Made by a program: the position numbers and the translations under genes. 32,000 bases of DNA from Candidatus Saccharimonadota bacterium (GTDB taxonomy: Bacteria; Patescibacteriota; Patescibacteriia; 2-12-FULL-60-25): the NCBI GenBank assembly GCA_016699205.1, contig CP064964.1, forward strand, positions 1 through 32,000, read 5' to 3'. Under the pieces are notes generated by a model. The model worked only from the letters and a program-made list of their open reading frames with translations, had not been told where the DNA came from and made no database searches. Shown here piece after piece: positions 15,321 to 24,120 of the stretch (position 1 is its first letter; every line of letters starts with the position of its first letter).

Positions 15321-15350
15321 ACACCCCGACCGCGTAAGCAATCAGGGGGT
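15321..15350 (-). terminator. imperfect terminator hairpin for the 15350-15874 gene
   Basis: Minus strand: ACCCCC...GGGGT stem with an internal GC-GTAA-GC, followed by GTTTGTTTTATT. Confidence 0.35.
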
Positions 15351-15874
15351 TAGTCAGAGTCGATGTTGATGCAGCCAGGTTTGAGTTGTTTGCGTGCCGC
15401 CTCATCGAGCAGGTGATCGGCTTCGCTGAAATTGTACCCGGTAAATGCACCGACAGCTCCGTATTCAACAAAGATGGAGAGATCCATTTCCGTCGGCGCC
15501 GTTACATGGATAATGATCGGCGTCCCTTTTGCAAAGTAACGCTCGATTTCCTGGAAAAGGGCATCAAGATCGCAGAATTCGTCGACGCCGACGATGAGCG
15601 TATTTACGATGACTCCGCGAATGTGCTCGTTGAGCTTTTCGTAGACGGTCGTATCGAGGCTGAGACCAGCGTAGGCTCGGTCTTTGCGGCCGGCATCAGA
15701 TCGGCGCAGCGTGTCTTCAACGCGTTTGTGTAGATGCGTTGCGACGGCGCGAGCGATAGCGAGACTGTTGGGGTAATAGAGCTGCACCACGAATCGCGGG
15801 TCGATTGGCGGGTGCACTCCCGAGCTTTTAGGGCCGCTCGGTGGCCGGACGGTCGAGCGATCGTCGTTGGCCAT
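15350..15874 (-). CDS. hypothetical protein (174 aa), elevated GC3, no family recognised
   Basis: ATG 15874 with GGAGG 6 nt upstream; the ORF-track start at 15919 is rejected. Inserted on the opposite strand between the Clp-like and GT4 genes. Confidence 0.65.
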   Translation of the reverse strand: MANDDRSTVRPPSGPKSSGVHPPIDPRFVVQLYYPNSLAIARAVATHLHKRVEDTLRRSDAGRKDRAYAGLSLDTTVYEKLNEHIRGVIVNTLIVGVDEFCDLDALFQEIERYFAKGTPIIIHVTAPTEMDLSIFVEYGAVGAFTGYNFSEADHLLDEAARKQLKPGCINIDSD

Positions 15875-15939
15875 AGTGACCTCCAGAAAAATTGCACCAC
15901 CCACGCATTTATTTGTCAATCGAGTTCTAACATGAAATC

Positions 15940-16953
15940 ATGCAGTTAATGAGCTTGGTTGAGCTGATTTTTATTGGATTTGGCTTTGGGGCGATTAGCC
16001 TCATTGCAACGTTTGTTGTTCGTTATTTTGCGCTGAAAATTGGTATCGTTGATCATCCAAAAGGAGGTAGAAAAATTCATGAGAGACCAATTGCTTTGTG
16101 GGGCGGGCTTGGGATCGCGGTTTCGATCATAGCTGGAGCGCTTTTCTTTCTGCCGCAGACCATGCCGATCTTTGGTTTTGTGGGCGGGATAGTAATTCTG
16201 TTAATCGGAGGAATGCTCGATGATAAATATGACTTGCACCCGCGATTACAAATTTTGTTTCCCATTGCTGCATCCATTCTTGTTGTCGTAACGGGAACCC
16301 GGATTACACATGTCACAAATTGGGCGGATGGAAGTGCCTTTTATCTACCATGGACAGCTTTGCCGACCATCGCTTGGATGTTGATCGTGACATATGCAAC
16401 AAAATTGATGGATGGCGTTGATGGATTGGTTACGGGTCAGGTCGTGATTGGGAGTTTTTTGATCGCGAGTTTGGCGACCGGAAAGTTTTTCCAACCGGAA
16501 GTGGCGTTGCTCGCGGTTATTGTCGGAGGTGCATATCTTGGTTTTTTGCCTTTCAATTTTCATCCGGCGAAACAATTTCTAGGTGAGTCGGGAAGTACGA
16601 TTGCGGGATTTTGTCTTGGATTTTTGTCGATTGTCGGAAGTGCTAAGTTGGCGACAGGTTTGATGGCGCTTGGTTTGCCATTGGTGGATGCGTCGCTGGT
16701 GATTACGGGACGCATGTTGCGCGGCGTATCGCCGTTTAGGGGAGATAAGACGCATTTGCATTTCAAACTGCTGGATGCGGGATTATCGCAGCGGCAAGTG
16801 GTGATGGTGATGTGGGGGCTTTCACTATTGTGCGGTTTGCTGGCATTATCGTTACAGACGCGTGGAAAAGTGGCAGTTTTTTTCTTTCTTGTCGTAGCAA
16901 CGGGAGGGCTTTCATTCATTGCGGGGAAATACGCGCGTAAATCATCGAACTAA
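15940..16953 (+). CDS. polyprenyl-phosphate N-acetylhexosamine-1-phosphate transferase, WecA/TagO-like (GT4, MraY family)
   Basis: IVDHPKGGRKIHERPIALWGGLGI, MLDDKYDL, KLMDGVDGLVTG, and multiple TM segments. Confidence 0.82.
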   Translation: MQLMSLVELIFIGFGFGAISLIATFVVRYFALKIGIVDHPKGGRKIHERPIALWGGLGIAVSIIAGALFFLPQTMPIFGFVGGIVILLIGGMLDDKYDLHPRLQILFPIAASILVVVTGTRITHVTNWADGSAFYLPWTALPTIAWMLIVTYATKLMDGVDGLVTGQVVIGSFLIASLATGKFFQPEVALLAVIVGGAYLGFLPFNFHPAKQFLGESGSTIAGFCLGFLSIVGSAKLATGLMALGLPLVDASLVITGRMLRGVSPFRGDKTHLHFKLLDAGLSQRQVVMVMWGLSLLCGLLALSLQTRGKVAVFFFLVVATGGLSFIAGKYARKSSN

Positions 16954-16958
16954 CCTAT

Positions 16959-17513
16959 ATGGGTTCATGGAGTTTTAATCTCTGGAAAGTGATCATCATC
17001 TTGTTTTGTATCGGGGCTTTTGTTGTATCGGTAATCGGTTTTTCTTTTAAAGATTTTTTTATCAATGCTCTGCAAGAGGGCCGTCATTTTGTAGAGAATG
17101 ATTATACGGTTTCGTATCGTTACAATGAGGAGGAGGGAAGCCGCTGGACGTTTTTGAAGAAGATCGAGCTTAACGGGATGGAATTGCGATATGAGACGGT
17201 TGATGATGAAACCGGGATTCAGCAGGGTTTGTCTGGGCGTTTATCGATGGCGGATGATGAAGGTTTGTTGTTCAAGATGCCCACGGAAGATATTCACGTG
17301 TTTTGGATGTATCGGATGAATTTTCCAATCGACATGATTTGGCTCCGGGATGGGGTTGTTGTTGAAATCGCGGCAGACATGCCACCGCCTTCGGAAACAG
17401 GAGGAATTCCCAAAGTTCATACGCCTGCAGAGTCGGCGGATATGGTTTTGGAGCTTACGGCTGGGGGAGCTAGGAGATATGGGTTGAGGGTGGGGGATAA
17501 GGTCGATTTTTAG
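16959..17513 (+). CDS. DUF192-domain protein with N-terminal TM anchor
   Basis: QQGLSGRLSMADDEGLLFKMP...HVFWMYRMNFPIDMIWL matches the DUF192 pattern. Confidence 0.7.
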   Translation: MGSWSFNLWKVIIILFCIGAFVVSVIGFSFKDFFINALQEGRHFVENDYTVSYRYNEEEGSRWTFLKKIELNGMELRYETVDDETGIQQGLSGRLSMADDEGLLFKMPTEDIHVFWMYRMNFPIDMIWLRDGVVVEIAADMPPPSETGGIPKVHTPAESADMVLELTAGGARRYGLRVGDKVDF

Positions 17514-17537
17514 CCAAAAAATGGTAAGTCCGATGGG

Positions 17538-17566
17538 TTGACAGGTTATCGAGACTCCGCTAAGCT
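17538..17566 (+). promoter_or_regulatory. candidate rplU promoter
   Basis: TTGACA (17538-17543), 17-nt spacer, TAAGCT (17561-17566). Confidence 0.35.
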
Positions 17567-17585
17567 ACGCCCATTCTCAAATACT

Positions 17586-17888
17586 ATGAATGCTGTAATC
17601 AAAGCCGGTGGCAAGCAGTATATCGTCAAAGAAGGCGATATCTTGAGCATCGAGAAGTTGGAAGCCCAGCCGGGTGAGACCGTTTCTTTTGAAGCGTTGC
17701 TTACTTTTGAGGGCGATAAAGTGAATGTCGGCACCCCGACGATTGCCGGCAAGGTTTCTGGCGAAGTTGTCGCTCATGGCCGCTCGCAGAAGATCAGTGT
17801 CGTGAAGTACAAGGCTAAGAGCCGCTACACGCGCCGCACCGGACACCGTCAGCATTTCACCAAGGTAAAGATCACAAAAATCGCCTAA
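17586..17888 (+). CDS. rplU: 50S ribosomal protein L21
   Basis: MNAVIKAGGKQYIVKEGDIL...VVKYKAKSRYTRRTGHRQHFTKVKI. ATG 17586 is preferred over the ORF-track start at 17538. Confidence 0.92.
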   Translation: MNAVIKAGGKQYIVKEGDILSIEKLEAQPGETVSFEALLTFEGDKVNVGTPTIAGKVSGEVVAHGRSQKISVVKYKAKSRYTRRTGHRQHFTKVKITKIA

Positions 17889-17899
17889 CGGCGATTTTT
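17876..17899. terminator. bidirectional terminator hairpin enclosing both the rplU and recR stop codons
   Basis: AAAAATCGCC-TAAC-GGCGATTTTT is a perfect 10-bp stem. rplU TAA is at 17886-17888 and recR TAG (rc) at 17885-17887. Confidence 0.7.
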
Positions 17900-18481
17900 T
17901 AGTGCATCGGAGAGGGTGTGGGCATCGGCGTATTCTAGGGCGGCGCCGGTTGGGAGGCCTCGGGCGAGGCGGGTTACTTTGATTTGAAGCGGTTCAAGCT
18001 GTTTTCCTATGTAGAGACATGTGACATCGCCTGGGACGTCGGCATCGAGGGCGAGAATGACTTCTGTGATCGTAGGTGTCGATTTGAGACGCGAGACAAG
18101 CTGGGTGATGGTGAGGGTATCTGGCGTGCGGCCTTCAATTGGATCGAGCGTGCCACCGAGGACATGATATCGACCTTTGAAGACGCCGGTCTCTTCTACG
18201 GATTGGACATCCGGTGAAGTAGCGACGACGCAGATAATGGATTGATCACGAGACGGATCGGAGCAAACGGAGCATGGGGAGCGATCTGACCATTGGCCGC
18301 AAGTCTCGCATGTGCGGATGCGGTCCGCGAGACTTTGGAGGGAGCGCGCAAAGCGTTCCACGACTTCTCGCGGCTGCGTTACGAGAAAGTAGGCATAACG
18401 CAAAGCCGCCCGGGGTCCGACACCGGGAAGGCTGTCGAACGCCGCGGCGGCGTTCTGGATTGGGTCAGGAAGCTGCGCCAT
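17885..18481 (-). CDS. recR: recombination protein RecR
   Basis: LPGVGPRAALRYAYFL, C4 zinc finger CETCGQ...CSVCSD, and a Toprim region ICVVATSPDVQSVEETGVFKGRYHVLGG. Confidence 0.92.
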   Translation of the reverse strand: MAQLPDPIQNAAAAFDSLPGVGPRAALRYAYFLVTQPREVVERFARSLQSLADRIRTCETCGQWSDRSPCSVCSDPSRDQSIICVVATSPDVQSVEETGVFKGRYHVLGGTLDPIEGRTPDTLTITQLVSRLKSTPTITEVILALDADVPGDVTCLYIGKQLEPLQIKVTRLARGLPTGAALEYADAHTLSDALKNRR

Positions 18482-18486
18482 CGGTT

Positions 18487-18795
18487 TTATTTCATGAGGT
18501 CGCCCATCTCGTTGGCCAAGTCGAGGCCGCCGGTTTCTTTGAGCTTCTTGGCCATGACGGTCTGAATCTTTTTGACGGCGTCGTTGGTGGCATCGCGGAG
18601 CAGCTCTTGGAGTTTCTCGCGATTATCCATGAGGGATGGGTCGATCGTGACATTCAGAACTTGCTGATTGCCGTTCATTTTTACCTTTACCTTGCCCCAA
18701 CCGGCTTCACCTTCTGCCGACTCTTTGCCGAGCATGTCCTGAATAACCTTGGCTTTATCTTTGAGATCCTTGAATTGTTTGAGTTTGGAGAACAT
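18487..18795 (-). CDS. ybaB: nucleoid-associated protein YbaB/EbfC
   Basis: About 100 aa, directly upstream of recR. GKVKVKMNGNQQVLNVTIDPSLM...LQELLRDATNDAVKK is a typical YbaB core. Confidence 0.85.
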   Translation of the reverse strand: MFSKLKQFKDLKDKAKVIQDMLGKESAEGEAGWGKVKVKMNGNQQVLNVTIDPSLMDNREKLQELLRDATNDAVKKIQTVMAKKLKETGGLDLANEMGDLMK

Positions 18796-18810
18796 AGGAG
18801 TTTGGATAGT

Positions 18811-20286
18811 TTAGAACGGAACGCCGGAGCCGACCATGGGGGAGCCTGGCGGGAGCTGTCCTCCGCTTGGGGCGGCGGCGAGCGGAGCGCCAGTTGGCGG
18901 CGGGGGGAGCGGAGCGCCGCCCATGTTGGCGCGTGAGAGGTTGCGGAAGCTGGCACGCGGACCGTCAAAGAAGAGTTTGACCAAGCCGGTCGGGCCATTA
19001 CGATGTTTGGCGATGTGAATTTCTGCGAGGTTCTGTTCTTCTGGAGAGATTTCTTCCGGGCGGTAGTTTTTGTCGGCGGCTTTACGGTAAATAAACATGA
19101 CGACGTCGGCGTCCTGCTCAATGGAGCCTGATTCACGCAAGTGGGCGAGACGCGGGATAGCTGGTTTCTGTAATTCTACGGAACGGGCGAGCTGAGACAG
19201 GGCGAGGACGGGAATATTTAATTCACGAGCAATGGTTTTGAGACCACGTGTGATTTCTGCAACTTCCTGCACGCGGTTGGAGTCGGCGGACTTGGAGCGG
19301 CTTTCCATGAGCTGCAAGTAGTCGATCACGAGCATACCAAGGCCGTGTTCCATCTGGAGTCGGCGGGCCTTGGTGCGGATTTCCATGATGTTGGCCGAGG
19401 CGGAGTCGTCGATAAAAATTGGCGCTTCGGAAAGAACGCCCAGAGCGTGGCCAATGCGTTCAAAGTCGCTGTGCTCGCCGCCTTCATTGAGTTTTCCGGT
19501 ACGCATACGGCCCAAATCGACGTTGGCCTCGGAACAGATCATACGATCGACAAGCTGTTCCTTGGACATTTCCAAAGAGAAGATGCCGACAGGAATGCGC
19601 GCTTTTGTGGCGGCTAAGCGGGCGATATCGAGAGCGAAAGCGGTTTTTCCACAAGAAGGACGCGCGGCCAAGATGACCAAGTCGCTTCTTTGCAGGCCGC
19701 CGAGGATGGCGTCCAGGTCGGTATAGCCGGTGGCGATGCCGCGGAGTTTGCCTTTCTCGCGGTGTAATTCATCGATGCGTTCAAAGGCGTCGGAGAGAAC
19801 GTCGCGGATCGGGGTAAAGGAACGTTTTAAGAATTTCTGCGAAACATTGAAAAGTTTGCTTTCGGCTTGGTCGAGCAAAACAGCAACGTCTTCCGCCTGA
19901 TCGTATCCGAGCGCGGTGATTTCTCCGGCGGCCTGAAGCAGGCGACGCATGGTCGCTTTCTTTTGGATGATTTCTCCGTAGTGAACGACGTGGCTGGCGG
20001 TTGGAACGGCGTTGGCGAGGCTGATGAGTTCTGCGCGGCCGCCAATCTGCTCGAGTTCACCCTTTTCCTGAAGACGGTTTCCGAGCGAGAGAAGATCGAT
20101 CGGATCGGACTTGCGGTACAGGTCGATCATCGCCTCGTAGATGCGGCGATGCTTGTCGTTATAAAAATCGTCCGGCTGCAACATGTCCGCCACCTTGATG
20201 ATGGCGTCTTTGTCGAGAAGCAGGGAGCCTAAAAATGACTGTTCCGCCTCCAGGTTTTGCGGGGTTAGTCGCTCAAGCTGGGACAT
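18811..20286 (-). CDS. dnaB: replicative DNA helicase DnaB with Pro/Gly/Ala-rich C-terminal tail
   Basis: [78 protein letters not shown]. Confidence 0.93.
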   Translation of the reverse strand: MSQLERLTPQNLEAEQSFLGSLLLDKDAIIKVADMLQPDDFYNDKHRRIYEAMIDLYRKSDPIDLLSLGNRLQEKGELEQIGGRAELISLANAVPTASHVVHYGEIIQKKATMRRLLQAAGEITALGYDQAEDVAVLLDQAESKLFNVSQKFLKRSFTPIRDVLSDAFERIDELHREKGKLRGIATGYTDLDAILGGLQRSDLVILAARPSCGKTAFALDIARLAATKARIPVGIFSLEMSKEQLVDRMICSEANVDLGRMRTGKLNEGGEHSDFERIGHALGVLSEAPIFIDDSASANIMEIRTKARRLQMEHGLGMLVIDYLQLMESRSKSADSNRVQEVAEITRGLKTIARELNIPVLALSQLARSVELQKPAIPRLAHLRESGSIEQDADVVMFIYRKAADKNYRPEEISPEEQNLAEIHIAKHRNGPTGLVKLFFDGPRASFRNLSRANMGGAPLPPPPTGAPLAAAPSGGQLPPGSPMVGSGVPF

Positions 20287-20318
20287 ATCGGGGTTACCTT
20301 ACGGCCTGCTCGACGTGT

Positions 20319-20372
20319 ACGCAAGATAAGAAAAAGTGCCGAGTATACTGGTGTTTTACGACGCAAGATAAG
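20319..20372. repeat. 12-nt perfect direct repeat ACGCAAGATAAG x2 (20319-20330, 20361-20372)
   Basis: Read directly; period is 42 bp. Lies in the divergent dnaB/permease intergenic region, bracketing a TATACT (minus-strand) -10 candidate at 20342-20347. Confidence 0.9.
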
Positions 20373-20398
20373 GGTTTAAAGGGAATCGGCAAAAATCA

Positions 20399-20406
20399 TG
20401 TATAAT
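20399..20406 (+). promoter_or_regulatory. -10 element (TGTATAAT) of the leaderless permease gene
   Basis: TATAAT at 20401-20406 is preceded by TG. ATG at 20415 is 8 nt downstream, with no SD. Confidence 0.45.
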
Positions 20407-20414
20407 ATCGATTA

Positions 20415-21557
20415 ATGAACAGTCGTGCTCGTTTTATATTGATGGCGGTGCTGACCATGGTCGGAACGATCATTGGCGCTGGAATTTTTGCGCTGCCTGC
20501 GGCCTTTGCGGCTGTTGGTTTTTGGCCGGGAACGGCGTTGTTTTGGATTTTGGCATTGGCGAGCGGTATTACGCATGTGTTGTTTGCCGGTTTGCTTCTG
20601 CATGAACGTCAACGCATGCGGTTGACGGGTTTGGTTGCGCGGCGTTTGGACCCGTTTTTTCATACAGTGGCCCAGATAACGTATCCGCTGCAGCTCATTG
20701 CCTCTATCTTTGCGTATGTCGTTCTAGGCGGAGAGTTTTTTTCTGTTTTAGCGCGTGCGGCAGGATTGAATATCCCGGTTGGTTTTTGGCAGATGGTTTT
20801 TTGGGTTGGCGGGGGAGTCACGATTCTTTTTGGATTGAAAGCCGTCGCCCGGATCAATACAATCGCGACAAGTGCAAAAATGGCAGCGTTGCTTTTGGCG
20901 GTCGTGATCGCTTGGCCTTTGGTTGATGCTGGTTTTGTTCGAGCGGGAAGCTGGGTAGGATGGTTTTTGCCTTTTGGTATTTTTCTTTACGCCCTTTCGG
21001 GATTGTCATCGGTGGGGGAGGCGGTTGAGATTGTTCGACGCAACAAAAAAGATGCATTTTGGGCCGTGGCGATCGGTTCCGGTGTGTCGGCACTGCTTTC
21101 TTGGTTGTTTGGCGTATCGATTTTCTTGGCGGCTCGCGGATATCCGCTGAGAACGATTCCCGATATTGTTTCTGTTTTGCCGAGCGGCTGGGCGCTTTTG
21201 ATTCCGTTCCTTGGGCTACTTTCTGTTATGACTGCCTATTTGAATATGGCAGAGGATTTGAAGGAGACATTGGACTTGGACTTCAAGTTGAATGCGAGGC
21301 AGGCAACTGCGATCGCGCTCGGTCTCCCGCTTTTAATGCTTTTGGTGTTCTCGCGGGATTTCTTGGGAACGATCGGGTTTATCGGATCGGTATTTGTCGG
21401 TTTGAACGGATTGATGGTGTGTGCGATGGCGTTTAAGGCGTATGAAAAAGAACGGCGCGCATCGACGCGGCTTCTGGGCTTATTTATTATCGTTTTGCTT
21501 ACGGGGACCTATCTCTTTGGTATGATTCAGCGTATTCTATTTCGTGAAACGCTATGA
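20415..21557 (+). CDS. amino acid permease-like transporter (multi-TM, APC/aromatic amino acid permease-like)
   Basis: N-terminal MVGTIIGAGIFALPAAFA motif and roughly 11 hydrophobic segments. Confidence 0.7.
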   Translation: MNSRARFILMAVLTMVGTIIGAGIFALPAAFAAVGFWPGTALFWILALASGITHVLFAGLLLHERQRMRLTGLVARRLDPFFHTVAQITYPLQLIASIFAYVVLGGEFFSVLARAAGLNIPVGFWQMVFWVGGGVTILFGLKAVARINTIATSAKMAALLLAVVIAWPLVDAGFVRAGSWVGWFLPFGIFLYALSGLSSVGEAVEIVRRNKKDAFWAVAIGSGVSALLSWLFGVSIFLAARGYPLRTIPDIVSVLPSGWALLIPFLGLLSVMTAYLNMAEDLKETLDLDFKLNARQATAIALGLPLLMLLVFSRDFLGTIGFIGSVFVGLNGLMVCAMAFKAYEKERRASTRLLGLFIIVLLTGTYLFGMIQRILFRETL

Positions 21558-22033
21558 ACAAACATATTTTGATGCGGTCATTGTTCTGGCTCATTCCGCG
21601 CCACATGGTTCTGACGGTATTGCTTTATTTTATTCCGTGGATCGAGTGGACGCCGTTACCGGACCTTTCTGTCGGCTTATCGTATGTTTACCATGTTAGT
21701 ATTACCTATCTTTTTGCGCGATGGACATTTGGGCGTCATGTGCCTCGTTGGATTGATGCGGCTGCCGTAAGCGCGGTGTTTATCGTGTTTGGGACTCTGC
21801 TCGAGATCGCGATTGTTGCGTGGAGAACGGGTGCAAATCTTAAAATCGTCGGCCTCAGCTATAACTGGCATAGCTTGGCGATTTTGGGCGTGTATATTTT
21901 GGCTGTTTTTGCCGCGGCTTGGCGCGTACGCCACAAGCAGAAAAAAGAGATTAACGAAGTTTTGCCAATCGAAGGACGTTCTTCAGTAACAACGCCACCG
22001 TCATCGGACCAACTCCCCCCGGCACAGGCGTAA
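21554..22033 (+). CDS. hypothetical membrane protein (159 aa)
   Basis: ATGA overlap with the permease stop; four hydrophobic segments. The 3' end overlaps the convergent folD by 83 nt. Confidence 0.5.
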   Translation: MNKHILMRSLFWLIPRHMVLTVLLYFIPWIEWTPLPDLSVGLSYVYHVSITYLFARWTFGRHVPRWIDAAAVSAVFIVFGTLLEIAIVAWRTGANLKIVGLSYNWHSLAILGVYILAVFAAAWRVRHKQKKEINEVLPIEGRSSVTTPPSSDQLPPAQA

Positions 22034-22751
22034 GCCAGCAATCGGTATTGCGGATGGATTCGATATCAAAGTCGCCGTAGGTTTTTCCATTTTCACGCGT
22101 TGTTCCAACATCGATCAAAACGGCGCCGTTCTTTAGGAGTGCGGCAGGAAGAAAAAGCGGACGTCCAATCGCCGAGATAACAAGCTCGGCTTCTTCCAAT
22201 AGCGTTTTGTTGATGTCGTCCGGGCGCATGATATCGACGGAGACGCCGCCAATCGTCAGGAGTTTTTCTAGCGGTTTGGCAAAGATGTCCGAGTTGGCGA
22301 TGATCACGCCTTGGCTGCCCGGAAGTTTAAGCGGCGTCTCATTGATCAAGAGCAAAATACCTTCATGTAAAGGTGAGACGAGATTTGGATTGTTGGGATG
22401 GAAGCCGTCCGCGTCTTTCTCGATGGCGATATGCTTGATTAAGGCATCGGTATCAAAGCCGGATGGGAGGGGGAGCTGGATGAGGATGCCGTCGACGGCA
22501 TCGTCGGCGTTCCAGGCGTCGATCAATGCCTCGAGTTCTAATTGGGTGGAGTCGATACCGCGCTGATCGACGATCACGTCTACGCCAGCTTCTTTGCCGG
22601 CCGTTTGTTTGAGATCGACGTAGAGGCGTGAAGCAGCGTCATCGCCGACGAGAAGCACATTTAAGCGTGGGTGCCGGCCAAAGGCAGACACTTCTTGCGC
22701 GATTTCTTGACGGATTTTGACCGCGAGAGCTTTGCCATCAATGAGATGCAT
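21951..22751 (-). CDS. folD: bifunctional methylenetetrahydrofolate dehydrogenase/cyclohydrolase FolD
   Basis: MHLIDGKALAVKIRQEI...VLLVGDDAASRLYV...DGILIQLPLP...DADGFHP...TPVPGGVGPMTVALLLKN. Confidence 0.92.
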   Translation of the reverse strand: MHLIDGKALAVKIRQEIAQEVSAFGRHPRLNVLLVGDDAASRLYVDLKQTAGKEAGVDVIVDQRGIDSTQLELEALIDAWNADDAVDGILIQLPLPSGFDTDALIKHIAIEKDADGFHPNNPNLVSPLHEGILLLINETPLKLPGSQGVIIANSDIFAKPLEKLLTIGGVSVDIMRPDDINKTLLEEAELVISAIGRPLFLPAALLKNGAVLIDVGTTRENGKTYGDFDIESIRNTDCWLTPVPGGVGPMTVALLLKNVLRLAKLR

Positions 22752-22770
22752 GGGGCGCAGAATAAACGAA

Positions 22771-22802
22771 ATTCCCCGCCTCGTCGAGTGGAGGCGGGGA
22801 AT
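22771..22802 (-). terminator. terminator hairpin downstream of the 22808-23293 gene
   Basis: ATTCCCCGCCTC-8 nt-GAGGCGGGGAAT is a perfect 12-bp stem. On the minus strand it is followed by TTTCGTTTATT. Confidence 0.65.
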
Positions 22803-22807
22803 GAGGG

Positions 22808-23293
22808 TCAGGGGGCTAGGGCCTTTGCGACCAAGGGTGCGAATCCGCCCTTTGGGGCGTGGATGATTGTGCCTTGGAGGGCGTGCATGGTGACGATGGA
22901 ACGGCGTCGTTTGGATCGGCGACAGCCGTAACTGCGAGACAAGACGTGGATGGTGTCGACCTGTGCCGGATCAAAGAGCCGGAACAGGGAGACGAGGCGT
23001 TGGTTGGGATCACGGTTCCACGTCGTCCAGCCGAGGAGATTCTCTTCTCGGTCGACGAGGTAGATCACCTCTTTGCGAACCATGATAGGACCGCATTGGC
23101 GCTTGATATCCGGCAGGAGGCTGAAGATGCTTGGGATTGTGCGCAGCAGAATCATGTGGTCGGCGTACCAGACTTGGTAGCTTTCTGCGATGGAGATCGC
23201 GCGATCGGTCGGGGCGCTCCAGTAGAACTCAAAGGCTTCGCGCTCAAGGAACGAGTAGCGTGCGCGAACCCGATGGTACGGGGGATGCGGCAT
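22808..23293 (-). CDS. hypothetical protein (161 aa), elevated GC3, no family recognised
   Basis: ATG 23293 with AAGGAGG 4 nt upstream, and its own terminator. Inserted between folD and uppS. Confidence 0.65.
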   Translation of the reverse strand: MPHPPYHRVRARYSFLEREAFEFYWSAPTDRAISIAESYQVWYADHMILLRTIPSIFSLLPDIKRQCGPIMVRKEVIYLVDREENLLGWTTWNRDPNQRLVSLFRLFDPAQVDTIHVLSRSYGCRRSKRRRSIVTMHALQGTIIHAPKGGFAPLVAKALAP

Positions 23294-23343
23294 GTTTCCT
23301 CCTTGGCGATTCTAGACTGACAGAATCGAGCTTGCGGGACAAG

Positions 23344-23372
23344 TTGACGAGTCGTTTTCTTTTGGCTATTCT
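23344..23372 (+). promoter_or_regulatory. leaderless-type uppS promoter
   Basis: TTGACG (23344-23349), 17 nt, TATTCT (23367-23372), 8 nt, ATG 23381. Confidence 0.5.
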
Positions 23373-23380
23373 TGGCCATT

Positions 23381-24079
23381 ATGTCCCAAACAGAACTGGC
23401 TGGTCCGAGACATCTTGCGATGATCATGGATGGCAATCGCCGATGGGCCAAGGAAAAGGGCTTGCCGAGCGTCGAGGGGCACCGTGCCGGGTACGAAACA
23501 ATGAAGAAAGTCGGGGATTGGTGCTTGGAACGAAGCGTCGAGATTTTGACGGTCTATGCATTCTCGACCGAGAACTGGAAGCGTAGTGAAACGGAAGTCG
23601 GATTTTTGATGACGCTGCTTGAGCACGCCCTCGACAAAGAGTTGGATTATTTTATTTCGCGTAAAATCAAGCTGCGGATTTTGGGACGCCGCGAGGGATT
23701 CAAACCGCGTATTCTTGAGTTGATCGACAAGGCGCAGGAAGCGACCAAAGATTTTGATGCAATGACGTTTGCGATCTGTTTGAACTATGGCGGACGCACG
23801 GAATTGGTTGATGCGGTGAAGGAAATCGTGGCGGAAGGCATGCAACCTGAAGCGATCGATGAATTATCGATTTCAAAACGTTTGTACTGGCCCAACATGC
23901 CTGATCCGGACATGATTGTGCGTACGAGTGGCGAGGAACGTTTGAGTGGATTCCTTTTGTGGCAGAGCGCGTATAGTGAGTTTTACTGGCTGAAAAAGAA
24001 TTGGCCCGCGATTGACGAGAAAGATATCGACGTGATCATCGAGGAATACAAGACGAGACAGAGACGGTACGGAAAATAA
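23381..24079 (+). CDS. uppS: undecaprenyl (isoprenyl) diphosphate synthase
   Basis: HLAMIMDGNRRWAKEKGLP...GHRAGYE...LTVYAFSTENWKRS...RTSGEERLSGFLLWQSAYSEFYW. Confidence 0.92.
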   Translation: MSQTELAGPRHLAMIMDGNRRWAKEKGLPSVEGHRAGYETMKKVGDWCLERSVEILTVYAFSTENWKRSETEVGFLMTLLEHALDKELDYFISRKIKLRILGRREGFKPRILELIDKAQEATKDFDAMTFAICLNYGGRTELVDAVKEIVAEGMQPEAIDELSISKRLYWPNMPDPDMIVRTSGEERLSGFLLWQSAYSEFYWLKKNWPAIDEKDIDVIIEEYKTRQRRYGK

Positions 24080-24087
24080 AAATGCGA

Positions 24088-24117
24088 AAGCCCCGCGCCA
24101 GATCGACGCGAGGCTTT
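24088..24117. terminator. terminator hairpin between uppS and the convergent small gene
   Basis: AAAGCCCCGCG-loop-CGCGAGGCTTT (one mismatch), followed by GTTT. Confidence 0.5.
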
Positions 24118-24120
24118 GTT

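Noticed and set aside
18274-18936. 220-aa plus-strand ORF
   Set aside because: It is antisense across recR, ybaB and the dnaB 3' end, all three of which have clear homology on the minus strand.
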